From an uncultured Elusimicrobia bacterium (GTDB lineage: Bacteria; Elusimicrobiota; Elusimicrobia; 2-01-FULL-59-12): a stretch of 64,000 bases of DNA. The position numbers and the translations under genes are program-made. Every line of letters starts with the position of its first letter. The stretch's first letter is position 1. Of this stretch, positions 17,666-26,819 are shown one piece after another. The notes beneath the pieces were generated by a model. That model searched no databases, was not told the DNA's origin, and saw nothing but the letters and a program-made list of their open reading frames with translations. Location: NCBI GenBank assembly GCA_963702895.1, contig OY969767.1, positions 960,001 to 1,024,000 of the forward strand. Reading direction: 5' to 3'.

Positions 17666-18650
17666 TGATCAACAGAAGCGAGCGCTTCGGCGTTGTTTTT
17701 GGACTTCTGCAAGAACTCCACGAAGATGGAAGCGGCTTGCACTTCTTCGATATCGGAGAGCGCGCGTCGGAGCTTGTACACCTTCTGAAGGTCGTCCGGG
17801 GGGATCAGCAGCTCTTCCTTGCGGGTACCCGAGGCGCGGACATTGATCGCGGGGAAAATGCGCTGCTCAGCCGCCGGACGCGAAAGAACGAGTTCCATGT
17901 TGCCGGTGCCTTTGAACTCCTGGAAAATCACGTCATCCATGCGGCTGCCGGTTTCCACGAGGATCGTGGCGAGGATCGTGAGGGACCCCCCTCCTCGATA
18001 TTGCGCGCCATGCCGAAGAAGCGTCTCGGGATCTCGAGCGCCCGGGAATCAAGTCCTCCACTCATGGTCTTGGTCCCAATGGTGTTGGAGTTATGTACCC
18101 GGGCCAGGCGCGTCAGAGAATCGAGAAGGATGACGACGTCATGTCCGGCGTTCGCCTCGCTGATGGCTTTCGACAGGAGATTTTGGGCCACACGGATGTG
18201 CTCTTCGTAAGGGCGGTCGTTCGAGGACGCATGGACTTCTCCCGGCACACTGCGTCGAAAATCCGTCACTTCTTCCGGTCGCTCATCAACGAGGAGGCAA
18301 TAAAGCTTGAGCTGGGGGTCACACTTGCCCAGCGCCTGGCACAGGTTCTTGAGAAACGTGGTTTTGCCGGCCTTCGGAGGTGACACGATGAGCCCGCGCT
18401 GGCCCTTCCCAATGGGGCAAATGAGATCCATGGCCCGCATCGTGAGCTCCGAAGACCCCTTTTCCAGTTCGAGTCTTGCTCGGGGGTCAATCGACGTCTT
18501 TGATAAAAAGGATTCTTCGTCGGGGCTTCGCGAAGGTGAACCGCGTCGGTCCGGCTGGCCAAAACGCCCCCCTCCCGGCCTGTGCGGCTCGCGATGCCAC
18601 GGCCGCCGGGGGTTATCCCTGTTGAAACGTTGTCGGAATGGTCTGTCCAA
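17662..18650 (-). pseudogene. rho: short-form transcription termination factor Rho, frameshifted at a G6 run (true lesion or sequencing error)
   Basis: [38 protein letters not shown] and RNIEEGG are in one frame; [31 protein letters not shown] and SGTRKEELL are in another. One extra G at 17986-17991 restores a frame of about 329 aa. Confidence 0.85.
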
Positions 18651-18763
18651 GGTGAGCGATATCGATTATAGCTTCTTTCTACCGCTATTCCTCACTTTCG
18701 AATCAAATCATCCAAAATGTTACTGAAGCTGCCCATGGAAGGCAGGGCTGAATCACGCCTTGG

Positions 18764-20323
18764 TTATTCGTCAAGCGATCCTCGCGAGCGGCCGGTTGCT
18801 TCCATGGTATCGGTGATGTCACTTTTCCAGTTCTCCATCTTGTAGTGGATCATGGCCAAGGCAATGATCAGACCCTGATAAAGACGGTTCACGTCTTGAA
18901 GGGACCGAATGGTCTTGAATTTCTTCCACCAGTAGGATGGGCGGAAATAGAACCTCCGATAAGCCCGTTTGACGGTATCCTGAAGCTCCCGAGCACTTTT
19001 ATAGCCGGTGGGGATGAAGATTGCTTCATTTTGAGTATTGCGGGAAGAGTCCTCATCAATCATCATGCCGTATTGTTTAGCCGTCGCATAGAGGTCGGTC
19101 CCTTTGTGTGGGGTGGTCAAGGTGAATTGCGCGTAATCAAGGTCCAGATCGATAGCGAAATTAATGGTGTTTTCCGCCGTTTCCGGGGTCTCTTCCGGCA
19201 AACCCAGCATAAAAAGCCCGCGAATTTCAATGCCCGCTTGCTGTGCTATTTTCGTGGCCCGCTGGGTGATCGTAGGAGAGAGTCCTTTGCGGATGGCATT
19301 GAGCGAATCCTGATTGGCGGATTCAAGGCCAAAGAATATTTCCCAGCACCCCCCCTCTTTCATTTTCCGGGCGAGGGATTCCGTGATGTCGTTGGCTCGG
19401 CCGAAACAGCTCCAGATGATGTCCAATTTCTCAGCGGCGATCCGGTCGCACACTTCCGTCAGCCAGGGGCGGTTCGCCGTAAAGGTGTCATCCCAGAAGG
19501 AGATTTCCCGCGCTCCAAATTTATCCATGAGATGTTTTATTTCCCTGACGACATTTTCCGGGCTACGAAACCGGACTTCCCGACCCCACGTGAACGGGGT
19601 ACAGCAGAATGAGCAGTTCCATGGGCAGCCACGGGTGACAAACATATGCACCACAGGGAGACGGCGGTATTGCACAGGGAAAGGGATGTATTTCTCCATC
19701 GGCAATAAATGGCGTGCCGGCAACGGAAGGTCGTCTAAATTAGCAAATTCGCGGGCCCCCGTATAATAGCCTGGTCCGCTGGATGCACGTGGGCGGTAGA
19801 CAATCCCTTTAATGGCAGCCGCTTCGTTGATATGCTCGAGCACTTGAGAGCGGTTGTAATCGTATTTCTTAAAAAAACTCATGAGTTCAACGATGGTTCG
19901 CTCTCCTTCACCGATGCAGGCAACATCAAACCAATCATGCTCATCCAGGAGACCGGCGGCAGGGCCCTGGGTGGCATGATGGTAACTGAGCGTCGGATGA
20001 GTTCCCCCCACCAGGGTGATGATCTCGGGGTACTTTTCACGGATAGCGCGGGCCATGGCCACGGATTTGTGGAAAGTGGGTGTTAAGGCATTCAGGCCGA
20101 TCACGCGAGGGCGCTTCTCTGCGATTCGTTCGAGGACGTCTTCTTCGCTTAGACCCAAAACCAGAGGTTCGACCAGGTCGACTTGGAATCCCTTCTCCAG
20201 TAAGGCGGCCGCCAAATAGGCCATACCCAGGGGCGGTAGGTGGCCGTATTTTTCATTGACGGCCTTTCCCCCAGCAGCTTCGCGCTTCGTCAGAGGTGGA
20301 AAGAAAAGGAGACAGTCGATCAT
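18764..20323 (-). CDS. B12-binding domain radical SAM protein
   Basis: PPLGMAYLAAAL, GGTHPT, IGEGE, RGCPWNCSFC, FWDDTFT, GLESANQ, FMLGLPEET. Confidence 0.9.
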   Translation of the reverse strand: MIDCLLFFPPLTKREAAGGKAVNEKYGHLPPLGMAYLAAALLEKGFQVDLVEPLVLGLSEEDVLERIAEKRPRVIGLNALTPTFHKSVAMARAIREKYPEIITLVGGTHPTLSYHHATQGPAAGLLDEHDWFDVACIGEGERTIVELMSFFKKYDYNRSQVLEHINEAAAIKGIVYRPRASSGPGYYTGAREFANLDDLPLPARHLLPMEKYIPFPVQYRRLPVVHMFVTRGCPWNCSFCCTPFTWGREVRFRSPENVVREIKHLMDKFGAREISFWDDTFTANRPWLTEVCDRIAAEKLDIIWSCFGRANDITESLARKMKEGGCWEIFFGLESANQDSLNAIRKGLSPTITQRATKIAQQAGIEIRGLFMLGLPEETPETAENTINFAIDLDLDYAQFTLTTPHKGTDLYATAKQYGMMIDEDSSRNTQNEAIFIPTGYKSARELQDTVKRAYRRFYFRPSYWWKKFKTIRSLQDVNRLYQGLIIALAMIHYKMENWKSDITDTMEATGRSRGSLDE

Positions 20324-20372
20324 GTGTGGGTGAGGTGTGGGAGAGTCTAACAGCCGATCTAGTGTGTGTCAA

Positions 20373-21644
20373 CACTCGTGTCCGGTTAAAAATGCGAAAT
20401 CCCCCTGGTTCGGTAGAATGATTGCGACCAAGCAAACCATTCTGTCCGAGGGAGGATTTCGCTCATGCATTCTAACACCATAATGAACCAACTGCTTCTC
20501 CTTTTACCACGACATCAGTTCGACCAAGCCGTTTCTGGCTTCGGCGGCGACGCCTACGTTAAAAAATTCTCGACTTGGAACCAGCTCACGACACTCCTCT
20601 ATGCTCAGGCCAGCGGTAAAACAAGCCTGCGTGACATCCAGACGGCTTTAGGCACGCAACAACCCAAGCTCTATCACTTGGGGCTGCCGCCAGTGAAACG
20701 TTCTACCCTGGCTGACGCTAACGCTGGGCGCGACTGGCGCATCATGGAAAAGCTCTTCTATCACCTGCTGGATCGGTGCCAAGCCATCGCGCCTAAGCAT
20801 CAGTTCCGTTTTAAACACAAAGTGACCTGCTTCGATTCCACGAACATGGAACTGTGCCTGAACCTTTTCCCTTGGGCCACCTTTAAACAGGCCAAAGGAG
20901 CGATCAAACTGCATTGCCAACTGGACTTGCGTGGCCAAATCCCTTCCTTTGCCGTCATCACCGATGGAAAGTGCTTCGACCATGCCGCCAAACGTCTTTT
21001 TCCCTTAGAACCGGACAGCATCTATGTCTTCGACCGCGGCTACATGGATTACGGCTGGTACCGTCAGATCGACGATCTCGGCTCTTTCTTCGTCACCCGT
21101 GCCAAAGACAACCTCACCTGCCGCATCACCGGACAGCAAGAAATTCCCTTAAAAAACGGCCTGTTGTACGATCGCACCATTGAGCTTACAGGCCCACGCA
21201 CCAAGACGAAATACAAGAAACCTTTACGACTCATCGGCTACTACGATGCCGACACCGCCATCACTTACCAGTTTATGACCAATAACTTCAAACTGGCCGC
21301 TTTCACCATTGCCCAAATCTATAAGGCCCGTTGGCAGATCGAGCTGTTCTTCAAGTGGCTCAAGCAGCATCTCAAAATCAAAACGTTCCTCGGCACTTCC
21401 AAAAATGCCGTCTTTACCCAAATCTGGGTGGCCTTGTGCTATTTCCTGCTCCTGGCCTACATCAAGTTCCAGACACGATTCCAGCGTTCGCTGTTCTTGC
21501 TGCACCGGTTGGTTCAGAATACCCTTCTCGACCGGCTCAGTCTCATCGATCTATTGCGTATGCCCGAAAAGAATCTTTCAAAAGTTCGAACTATGGAGCC
21601 TCAGCTATGGCTAAGCTTCGGCTAACTTTTACCGGACACCAGTG
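20373..21644 (+). mobile_element. IS4-family insertion sequence, complete
   Basis: Terminal IRs CACTCGTGTCCGGTTAAAA and TTTTACCGGACACCAGTG; perfect 9-bp target duplication GTGTGTCAA at 20364-20372 and 21645-21653. Confidence 0.93.
20465..21625 (+). CDS. IS4-family DDE transposase with DUF4372-like N-terminus
   Basis: 386 aa; FDST, FDRGY, and Y-R-E-K signature IYKARWQIELFFKWLKQ. Confidence 0.93.
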   Translation: MHSNTIMNQLLLLLPRHQFDQAVSGFGGDAYVKKFSTWNQLTTLLYAQASGKTSLRDIQTALGTQQPKLYHLGLPPVKRSTLADANAGRDWRIMEKLFYHLLDRCQAIAPKHQFRFKHKVTCFDSTNMELCLNLFPWATFKQAKGAIKLHCQLDLRGQIPSFAVITDGKCFDHAAKRLFPLEPDSIYVFDRGYMDYGWYRQIDDLGSFFVTRAKDNLTCRITGQQEIPLKNGLLYDRTIELTGPRTKTKYKKPLRLIGYYDADTAITYQFMTNNFKLAAFTIAQIYKARWQIELFFKWLKQHLKIKTFLGTSKNAVFTQIWVALCYFLLLAYIKFQTRFQRSLFLLHRLVQNTLLDRLSLIDLLRMPEKNLSKVRTMEPQLWLSFG

Positions 21645-21711
21645 GTGTGTCAATATCAATCCGGACACGAGAGCTTATTCATGCCAATGACGGCTCAATG
21701 GAACGACCGGC

Positions 21712-22434
21712 TCACCTCGCGAAGCGGAATCGGAGGAGGGTCCAGAGGGCGATGAATCCGTCCCGCAGCCGTATTTTCTTTCCTTCATCAACGGAGCGAG
21801 GGAAGTAGGCCACCGGCACCTCCGCGATGGGAATGCCTGCACGGATGAGTTTGGCGGTCAGTTCGTGGTCGGTTTCAAAGCCGTGTGTGCGGACCGTGAA
21901 ATTGCGTAGAACAGCGGTGGGGTAAAGCTTGTAGCCTGTTAAGGGGTCTGTGATCCAGCGTCCGAAGAGAAGAAAGGTCCAAAGCGAGATGAAGACATTC
22001 GCCAGCCATGGACCGATGCCCTGGGCGGGATGCTTCCCAGGGAGACCGCTGCGCCAGCCCTGTTGCCGCCATTGCCCAAGCGTACGGCTGCCGTAGACGG
22101 CAATACGATCGCTTGAGATGGCCGACAGGAGCGCCGGATAATCGCTGGGATCATATTCGAGGTCTGCATCCTGGACGAGCACATAATCCCCCCGGCATTC
22201 CTGAATCCCGCGCTGTACAGCGGCGCCCTTCCCTTGATTTTTCTGGGTGATGCACCGGACCTCGGGGTAGCAACAAGCCTGTGTGGCGGTGTCATCGGAC
22301 GACCCGTCATCCACGACGACAATCTCCTTGATGAACCCGGTCAATTCGGTTGGGGCGGCGCGCACCTTTTCAATCAGAGGACCAATCGTACGAGCTTCGT
22401 TATAGGCCGGAATGACAATGGAGAGCATCCTCAT
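21712..22434 (-). CDS. GT2 glycosyltransferase (DPM1-like, polyprenyl-phosphate sugar synthase type)
   Basis: SIVIPAYNE, VDDGSSD, NQGKGAA, QDADLEYDP, EGKKIRLRDG. Confidence 0.9.
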   Translation of the reverse strand: MRMLSIVIPAYNEARTIGPLIEKVRAAPTELTGFIKEIVVVDDGSSDDTATQACCYPEVRCITQKNQGKGAAVQRGIQECRGDYVLVQDADLEYDPSDYPALLSAISSDRIAVYGSRTLGQWRQQGWRSGLPGKHPAQGIGPWLANVFISLWTFLLFGRWITDPLTGYKLYPTAVLRNFTVRTHGFETDHELTAKLIRAGIPIAEVPVAYFPRSVDEGKKIRLRDGFIALWTLLRFRFAR

Positions 22435-24434
22435 CGCAGCCAGTTGCAGAAGAGCATCTTGAAGATCGCGTGCAGACCGTCACCGAAGGTCGTCTTTTTC
22501 CCCTCTGCGCGCGTTCTCGGACGATAGTTCACCGGAATTTCGAGGATGAAGATAGCCTGTTTCCCCAGCTTCGCCAGAATTTCCGTTTCGATCTCGAATC
22601 CATCAGAGGACAACCTCAGGTTTTTGAGGACGCGGGCATCAAAAGCCTTGACCCCGGTCAAGGGATCGCTTACGAAGCGGTTGTAAAGAACGAGCGACAG
22701 GATGCTGATGAGCATGCCGCCGTATTTGCTGGTCAGGTACATCAGGTAGTTTCCTTTATAAATGGTTCGGATTCGTTCGTTCATGTTGACGCACTTGATC
22801 ACCCGGCTCCCGAAAACGGCCTGGGAATCGGTTGTGGCCACCGCTTGCACGACAGAGAGAAGCTCTTCCGGCTGATATTCATTGTCACTTGGGAAAAAAA
22901 CAATAATGTTCCCGTTGGCCTTTTCAATCCCCATCCGCAGAGCGGCGCCTCGTCCCAAGGCGCTCTGGAGCTGATGCACGGTTATATCCGGAACCGTCCG
23001 GGCAAGCTCAACGGTGCGATCCGTGGAGCCGCCATCGATGAGAATAATTTCATGCGCGAGATCCAGGAATTCGAAATTGAGCCGCGATAGGTTCTGAAGC
23101 ACGGTCTTCACCGTGCGCTCTTCGTTGTAGGCAGGGACAAGAATGGAGACCATATGGCGGAAGGGTTTCATCTTCTTGGACCACTTGGAGTTCACAAGGC
23201 TGACCAACTCATCGGTGACCATCCCGCCCGAATGGCTGCCTTTTCCCCTTTCCCAGTTGGTCAGCACAACACGATCCCGCGGGAAGGGAAAGGTATTGAT
23301 GTCAAAGAAAACATACTCTGAGGCGCCCTGGCTTAGCGGGTCGGATGCCTGCATAAAGAAAAGGGAGACAAGATCCACCCATGCGAAATGGAACCGTCCC
23401 TTGCTGTTGAGGTAGAAGAGGAATTTCTCCACCAGCGTCCCGGCTGTCTCGTTGCGGATTTCGAAATCCTTGGCAATGTTGCCGACAAACACCTTTTCCG
23501 CTTGATGATTGGAGGCAATCGCCTCCGCGACCCGCTCGGTCAGATAGGATGGAAACAGGGACGAATGCTGGGTTCCGGGTCCGTAAATGATGATGTCGGC
23601 GCTCTGTAACGCTGCTTCCGCCGCAGGGTTAATTCGCGGGACGCGTGAGAGTTGCTGGAGAAAATTGGCTTTTCCCTCAAGGTCGAGGGAGGAGAGAACG
23701 TGGATCTGGTCCGGGGAGAGATAGTCTGACATCAGGTAGAGCTCGCGTATCGCTGTTGTCTCCTGGGTGGATACGATTTCTCCTTCCTTCAGGAGCAGGG
23801 CGCCGTTTTGCTTGAGCGCGACCAAGACCAAGTTCTCTCCATCCGTAATGTTGAGCACGCGGCCCCGGATGCGGGCAAACTGGGACAATTGGCGCGTCGC
23901 CTCATTAAAGGAGCGGTTTGCGCCAAGGTAGCACCCCGCAAAAAGAAGATTTCCGAACGAGCAATCCCCAAAATCAAAGGGCGGCTGCGAATCGGCCACC
24001 TGTTCGAGATAGTCCAGAAAACGGCGGAGATAGCCCACCATCGTTTCCGCTTGAGCGATATTCAGGTCCTGGTAGGGAGCCGCCAGATCCCGTAGGGGGA
24101 ATGACGGGTGGCCTGAGCACAAGTCCTTGAGTGCGGCCAGCGCGGCCTCGCGCGGGATCTTCAGCGGGAACCGATACTCAATGAACGAGCGAAGGGCACG
24201 GTCCGCTCGATCGACGTCCGGCATGAGACGGCTGATGTTCTTTCGGACATCGGAGGGCCCGAGCATGCCTGGAAGAAACTTGCGAAGAGCGCCCGTGGAA
24301 AGGCCGTCGTCGTAGGTGTTCACCAGGAGCGTCAGGGAGATTTGACCGTGTTTCAAGAAAGCCTCTGTGATGCTCCCGGTGCCCCGCCCCCCGGAAAACA
24401 TAACGACATTCAAAGGCGAAGTCTCAGTGACCAT
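22431..24434 (-). CDS. fusion of YvcK/CofD-like (UPF0052) domain and C-terminal GT2 domain
   Basis: N-part: VVMFSGGRG, NTYDDGLSTGALR, GPSDVRKN, SFGNLL, ADIIIYGPGTQHSSLFP. C-part: SILVPAYNEE, IDGGSTD, FFPSDNEY, EGKKTTFGDG. Confidence 0.85.
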   Translation of the reverse strand: MVTETSPLNVVMFSGGRGTGSITEAFLKHGQISLTLLVNTYDDGLSTGALRKFLPGMLGPSDVRKNISRLMPDVDRADRALRSFIEYRFPLKIPREAALAALKDLCSGHPSFPLRDLAAPYQDLNIAQAETMVGYLRRFLDYLEQVADSQPPFDFGDCSFGNLLFAGCYLGANRSFNEATRQLSQFARIRGRVLNITDGENLVLVALKQNGALLLKEGEIVSTQETTAIRELYLMSDYLSPDQIHVLSSLDLEGKANFLQQLSRVPRINPAAEAALQSADIIIYGPGTQHSSLFPSYLTERVAEAIASNHQAEKVFVGNIAKDFEIRNETAGTLVEKFLFYLNSKGRFHFAWVDLVSLFFMQASDPLSQGASEYVFFDINTFPFPRDRVVLTNWERGKGSHSGGMVTDELVSLVNSKWSKKMKPFRHMVSILVPAYNEERTVKTVLQNLSRLNFEFLDLAHEIILIDGGSTDRTVELARTVPDITVHQLQSALGRGAALRMGIEKANGNIIVFFPSDNEYQPEELLSVVQAVATTDSQAVFGSRVIKCVNMNERIRTIYKGNYLMYLTSKYGGMLISILSLVLYNRFVSDPLTGVKAFDARVLKNLRLSSDGFEIETEILAKLGKQAIFILEIPVNYRPRTRAEGKKTTFGDGLHAIFKMLFCNWLR

Positions 24435-25239
24435 GGGAACTTCTCATTTCGAGGATAGAGGCCAATTGACGGGCTTCGGCGTCGGTGTTTAAGCCCATCG
24501 ATTCCTCTGCTTGGCGAATTCGCAGGGTGATCACATCCCCGGGCTCTTGGTCCAGCCATGGAATCACCGGCAATAAATTCATCTCCCTTGTCTTTTTTCC
24601 TAGGAGGACCGCTTCTCCGGCTTCCGTTAACGCTCTAAAAAGGGATTTGCTTCTAAAAAAGAAGATACCACAATCATTTTCTCCTTCCGTGATCGGCATG
24701 TCCTCTTCCCGGGCCTGATGAACGGTCCGGATCCGCCCTTCTGGATCACGTTCGAAGCGGATGTAGGGTTGTGCACGATGGACGGTCGGAAAAATAAGCT
24801 TAGCCGCTGGATGGGCATGAGCGAGGGTGAGACATGCGGAGAGGGTGCGGTCCGATAAGGCGATTTGATCGACCCACATCACGATGCTGTAGGGTGTATG
24901 GACGACCGGCTGGGCCTGCTGAACGGCATGACCCATTCCCAAAGGTTTTTCCTGGAGTACGAGGCTGAAATCTCCAGGCACGAGTTCCTCCAAACGCGGG
25001 CGGACGAGCCTATCCACGCCCGGGGCCAGGATCAACACAAAGCGCTTGCAATAGGGCTTCAATCGATCCAGACACCATTCAAACAGAGGCTTTCCCAAGA
25101 CAGGATAGAGCAGTTTCGGTTGATGGAAGCCTAAGCGTGAACCACGGCCCGCCGCCGGGATGATCGCGGTCCAGGAATGTTGTGAGTCTGGCCCCGGAGA
25201 CATACCCATGACGTCATCGATGCTGTAGACGCTTGACAT
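24424..25239 (-). CDS. nucleotidyltransferase (GlmU N-terminal/MobA-like), stand-alone
   Basis: AIIPAAGRGSRLG...PKLLYPVLGKP, QEKPLGMGHAV, GLNT. Confidence 0.85.
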   Translation of the reverse strand: MSSVYSIDDVMGMSPGPDSQHSWTAIIPAAGRGSRLGFHQPKLLYPVLGKPLFEWCLDRLKPYCKRFVLILAPGVDRLVRPRLEELVPGDFSLVLQEKPLGMGHAVQQAQPVVHTPYSIVMWVDQIALSDRTLSACLTLAHAHPAAKLIFPTVHRAQPYIRFERDPEGRIRTVHQAREEDMPITEGENDCGIFFFRSKSLFRALTEAGEAVLLGKKTREMNLLPVIPWLDQEPGDVITLRIRQAEESMGLNTDAEARQLASILEMRSSHGH

Positions 25240-25921
25240 AGTCCGTTAGCGATATAAGCGTAGCAAAGATATGTTCGGCTCCAACTCTCCTCAAGGCCTT
25301 GGGGTCTGTTGTGCCCGTCATGGCGATTGTTCGTAGACCGGCTCGTCGAGCAGCCAGGATACCCGGAACCGCGTCTTCCACCACCAAGGCCTCGTGCGAA
25401 CCAACCTTGAGACGCCTGAGTGCCTCGCAGTAGATGGCGGGATCCGGCTTGGCGTTCCGAACATGATCGCCCGATAGAACAACCGAGAAATAGCATCGAG
25501 AAGAGCTGGCTTTCAGAAAAAGATTGACACTTCTACGGTTCGAGGAGCTCACCAGTGCGAGCTTGAAATGACGGTTGAGCTTTTGAAGCATCGTTCTGCA
25601 ATGGGGGCGAAGGGGAGGGCGGGCCGATAAGTACTTCTGCGCCAAAGCTTGTTTCTTTCGGACCAGTTGTGCCAGGACTTCAGGCGGCGGGTTCTGACGG
25701 GCTCGGCGAAAGATCCGTCGGAGGGCTTCTTCCGTTTTCATTCCGGCGACTTGTGCATAATCCAGCCGCCGGATCCCCCACGGTCGAAGAACCTCCAACA
25801 AGGCCTGATGATGAATCGTGCTGGACTCCCAGAGGACCCCATCCAAATCAAAAAGGATGGCTTTCAGAACTTGCCCGCCAGGATTAATCTTTTTTCGCGA
25901 CAACAAGGGTTTGTCCGACAT
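25214..25921 (-). CDS. HAD-family phosphatase/mutase (beta-PGM-like)
   Basis: LFDLDGVL, ALVSSS, KPDPAIY, VVEDAVPGILAARRAG; start uncertain. Confidence 0.87.
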   Translation of the reverse strand: MSDKPLLSRKKINPGGQVLKAILFDLDGVLWESSTIHHQALLEVLRPWGIRRLDYAQVAGMKTEEALRRIFRRARQNPPPEVLAQLVRKKQALAQKYLSARPPLRPHCRTMLQKLNRHFKLALVSSSNRRSVNLFLKASSSRCYFSVVLSGDHVRNAKPDPAIYCEALRRLKVGSHEALVVEDAVPGILAARRAGLRTIAMTGTTDPKALRRVGAEHIFATLISLTDYVKRLQHR

Positions 25922-26819
25922 GGTAGCGCAGAGGCTGATGGTCAAGACGCAGCCACCGCAGGATGTTCTGGAAGGGTTTGAGCCATGGCAAGATGGTGAT
26001 CGCGCGCTGGAGCGCATACCCGGCTTCGAGCGTCTGAAAGTAAGGATGGGAAAAGAGGAGAGTGAACCCGTGACTTTTCAGAAGGCGCTGGATTGTATCG
26101 TGTGTAAAGTAGAACAGGTGAATGTTTAAGAGAAAGGGCCACTTTTTTCCCAGGAGCCGAGCTGCCAAACTACCGTAATCGGGAGTACTGATCACCAGGT
26201 GGCCTCCAGGGGCAAGAAGCGGCTGGATCTGGTCAAGCAGAAGGTCCGGTTTCGGCACATGTTCGATGACGTCCCATAAAGACACCAGATCAAAACTCCC
26301 CGGTGCAAAACCGCAACTTTCCAAAGTCCCCGTCCGCAGATCAACGCCGAACTGTTGGCGGCCCGTCGCACACAACCAGGCACTGGGTTCGACACCGGTC
26401 ACCGAGAAACCGAGGTCCTTGGCAGCTTTCAGGAAATATCCTCCTGCAGAGCCAATGTCCAGAATCCTGGTTGCGCTTGAAGGAGTGATCCGGAGATGTT
26501 TGACGACGGCCAAGAGACTTTTCCGAAAACTTTCAACCCGGACGCTCGCCTGGTCCCAGTGGGTCTCATCTTGAGCGTCCCGGTAAGATTGAAGGACAAT
26601 CTCAGACCGAATACGGGGATTCAGGTAATGCAGACCGCAAGTCCGGCATCGGACCATCTGGTCGAGCAAGGGTTGGTCACTCGAAGAGGAGTACATGCGA
26701 AGGAGATCTTCCTGGGACATCGTGGCCGGGTAGGCGGCCGGGATCACGATTTCAAAGGAAGAGCGGTGGCAAATCGGGCAATCGACAGCCTCCAAGACAT
26801 CCGTCAAGTTAATGCCCAT
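25884..26819 (-). CDS. class I SAM methyltransferase with N-terminal CxxC...CxxC
   Basis: CPIC...CRTCGL, ILDIGSAGG, DVIEHV; paralog of 40849-41760. Confidence 0.87.
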   Translation of the reverse strand: MGINLTDVLEAVDCPICHRSSFEIVIPAAYPATMSQEDLLRMYSSSSDQPLLDQMVRCRTCGLHYLNPRIRSEIVLQSYRDAQDETHWDQASVRVESFRKSLLAVVKHLRITPSSATRILDIGSAGGYFLKAAKDLGFSVTGVEPSAWLCATGRQQFGVDLRTGTLESCGFAPGSFDLVSLWDVIEHVPKPDLLLDQIQPLLAPGGHLVISTPDYGSLAARLLGKKWPFLLNIHLFYFTHDTIQRLLKSHGFTLLFSHPYFQTLEAGYALQRAITILPWLKPFQNILRWLRLDHQPLRYHVGQTLVVAKKD

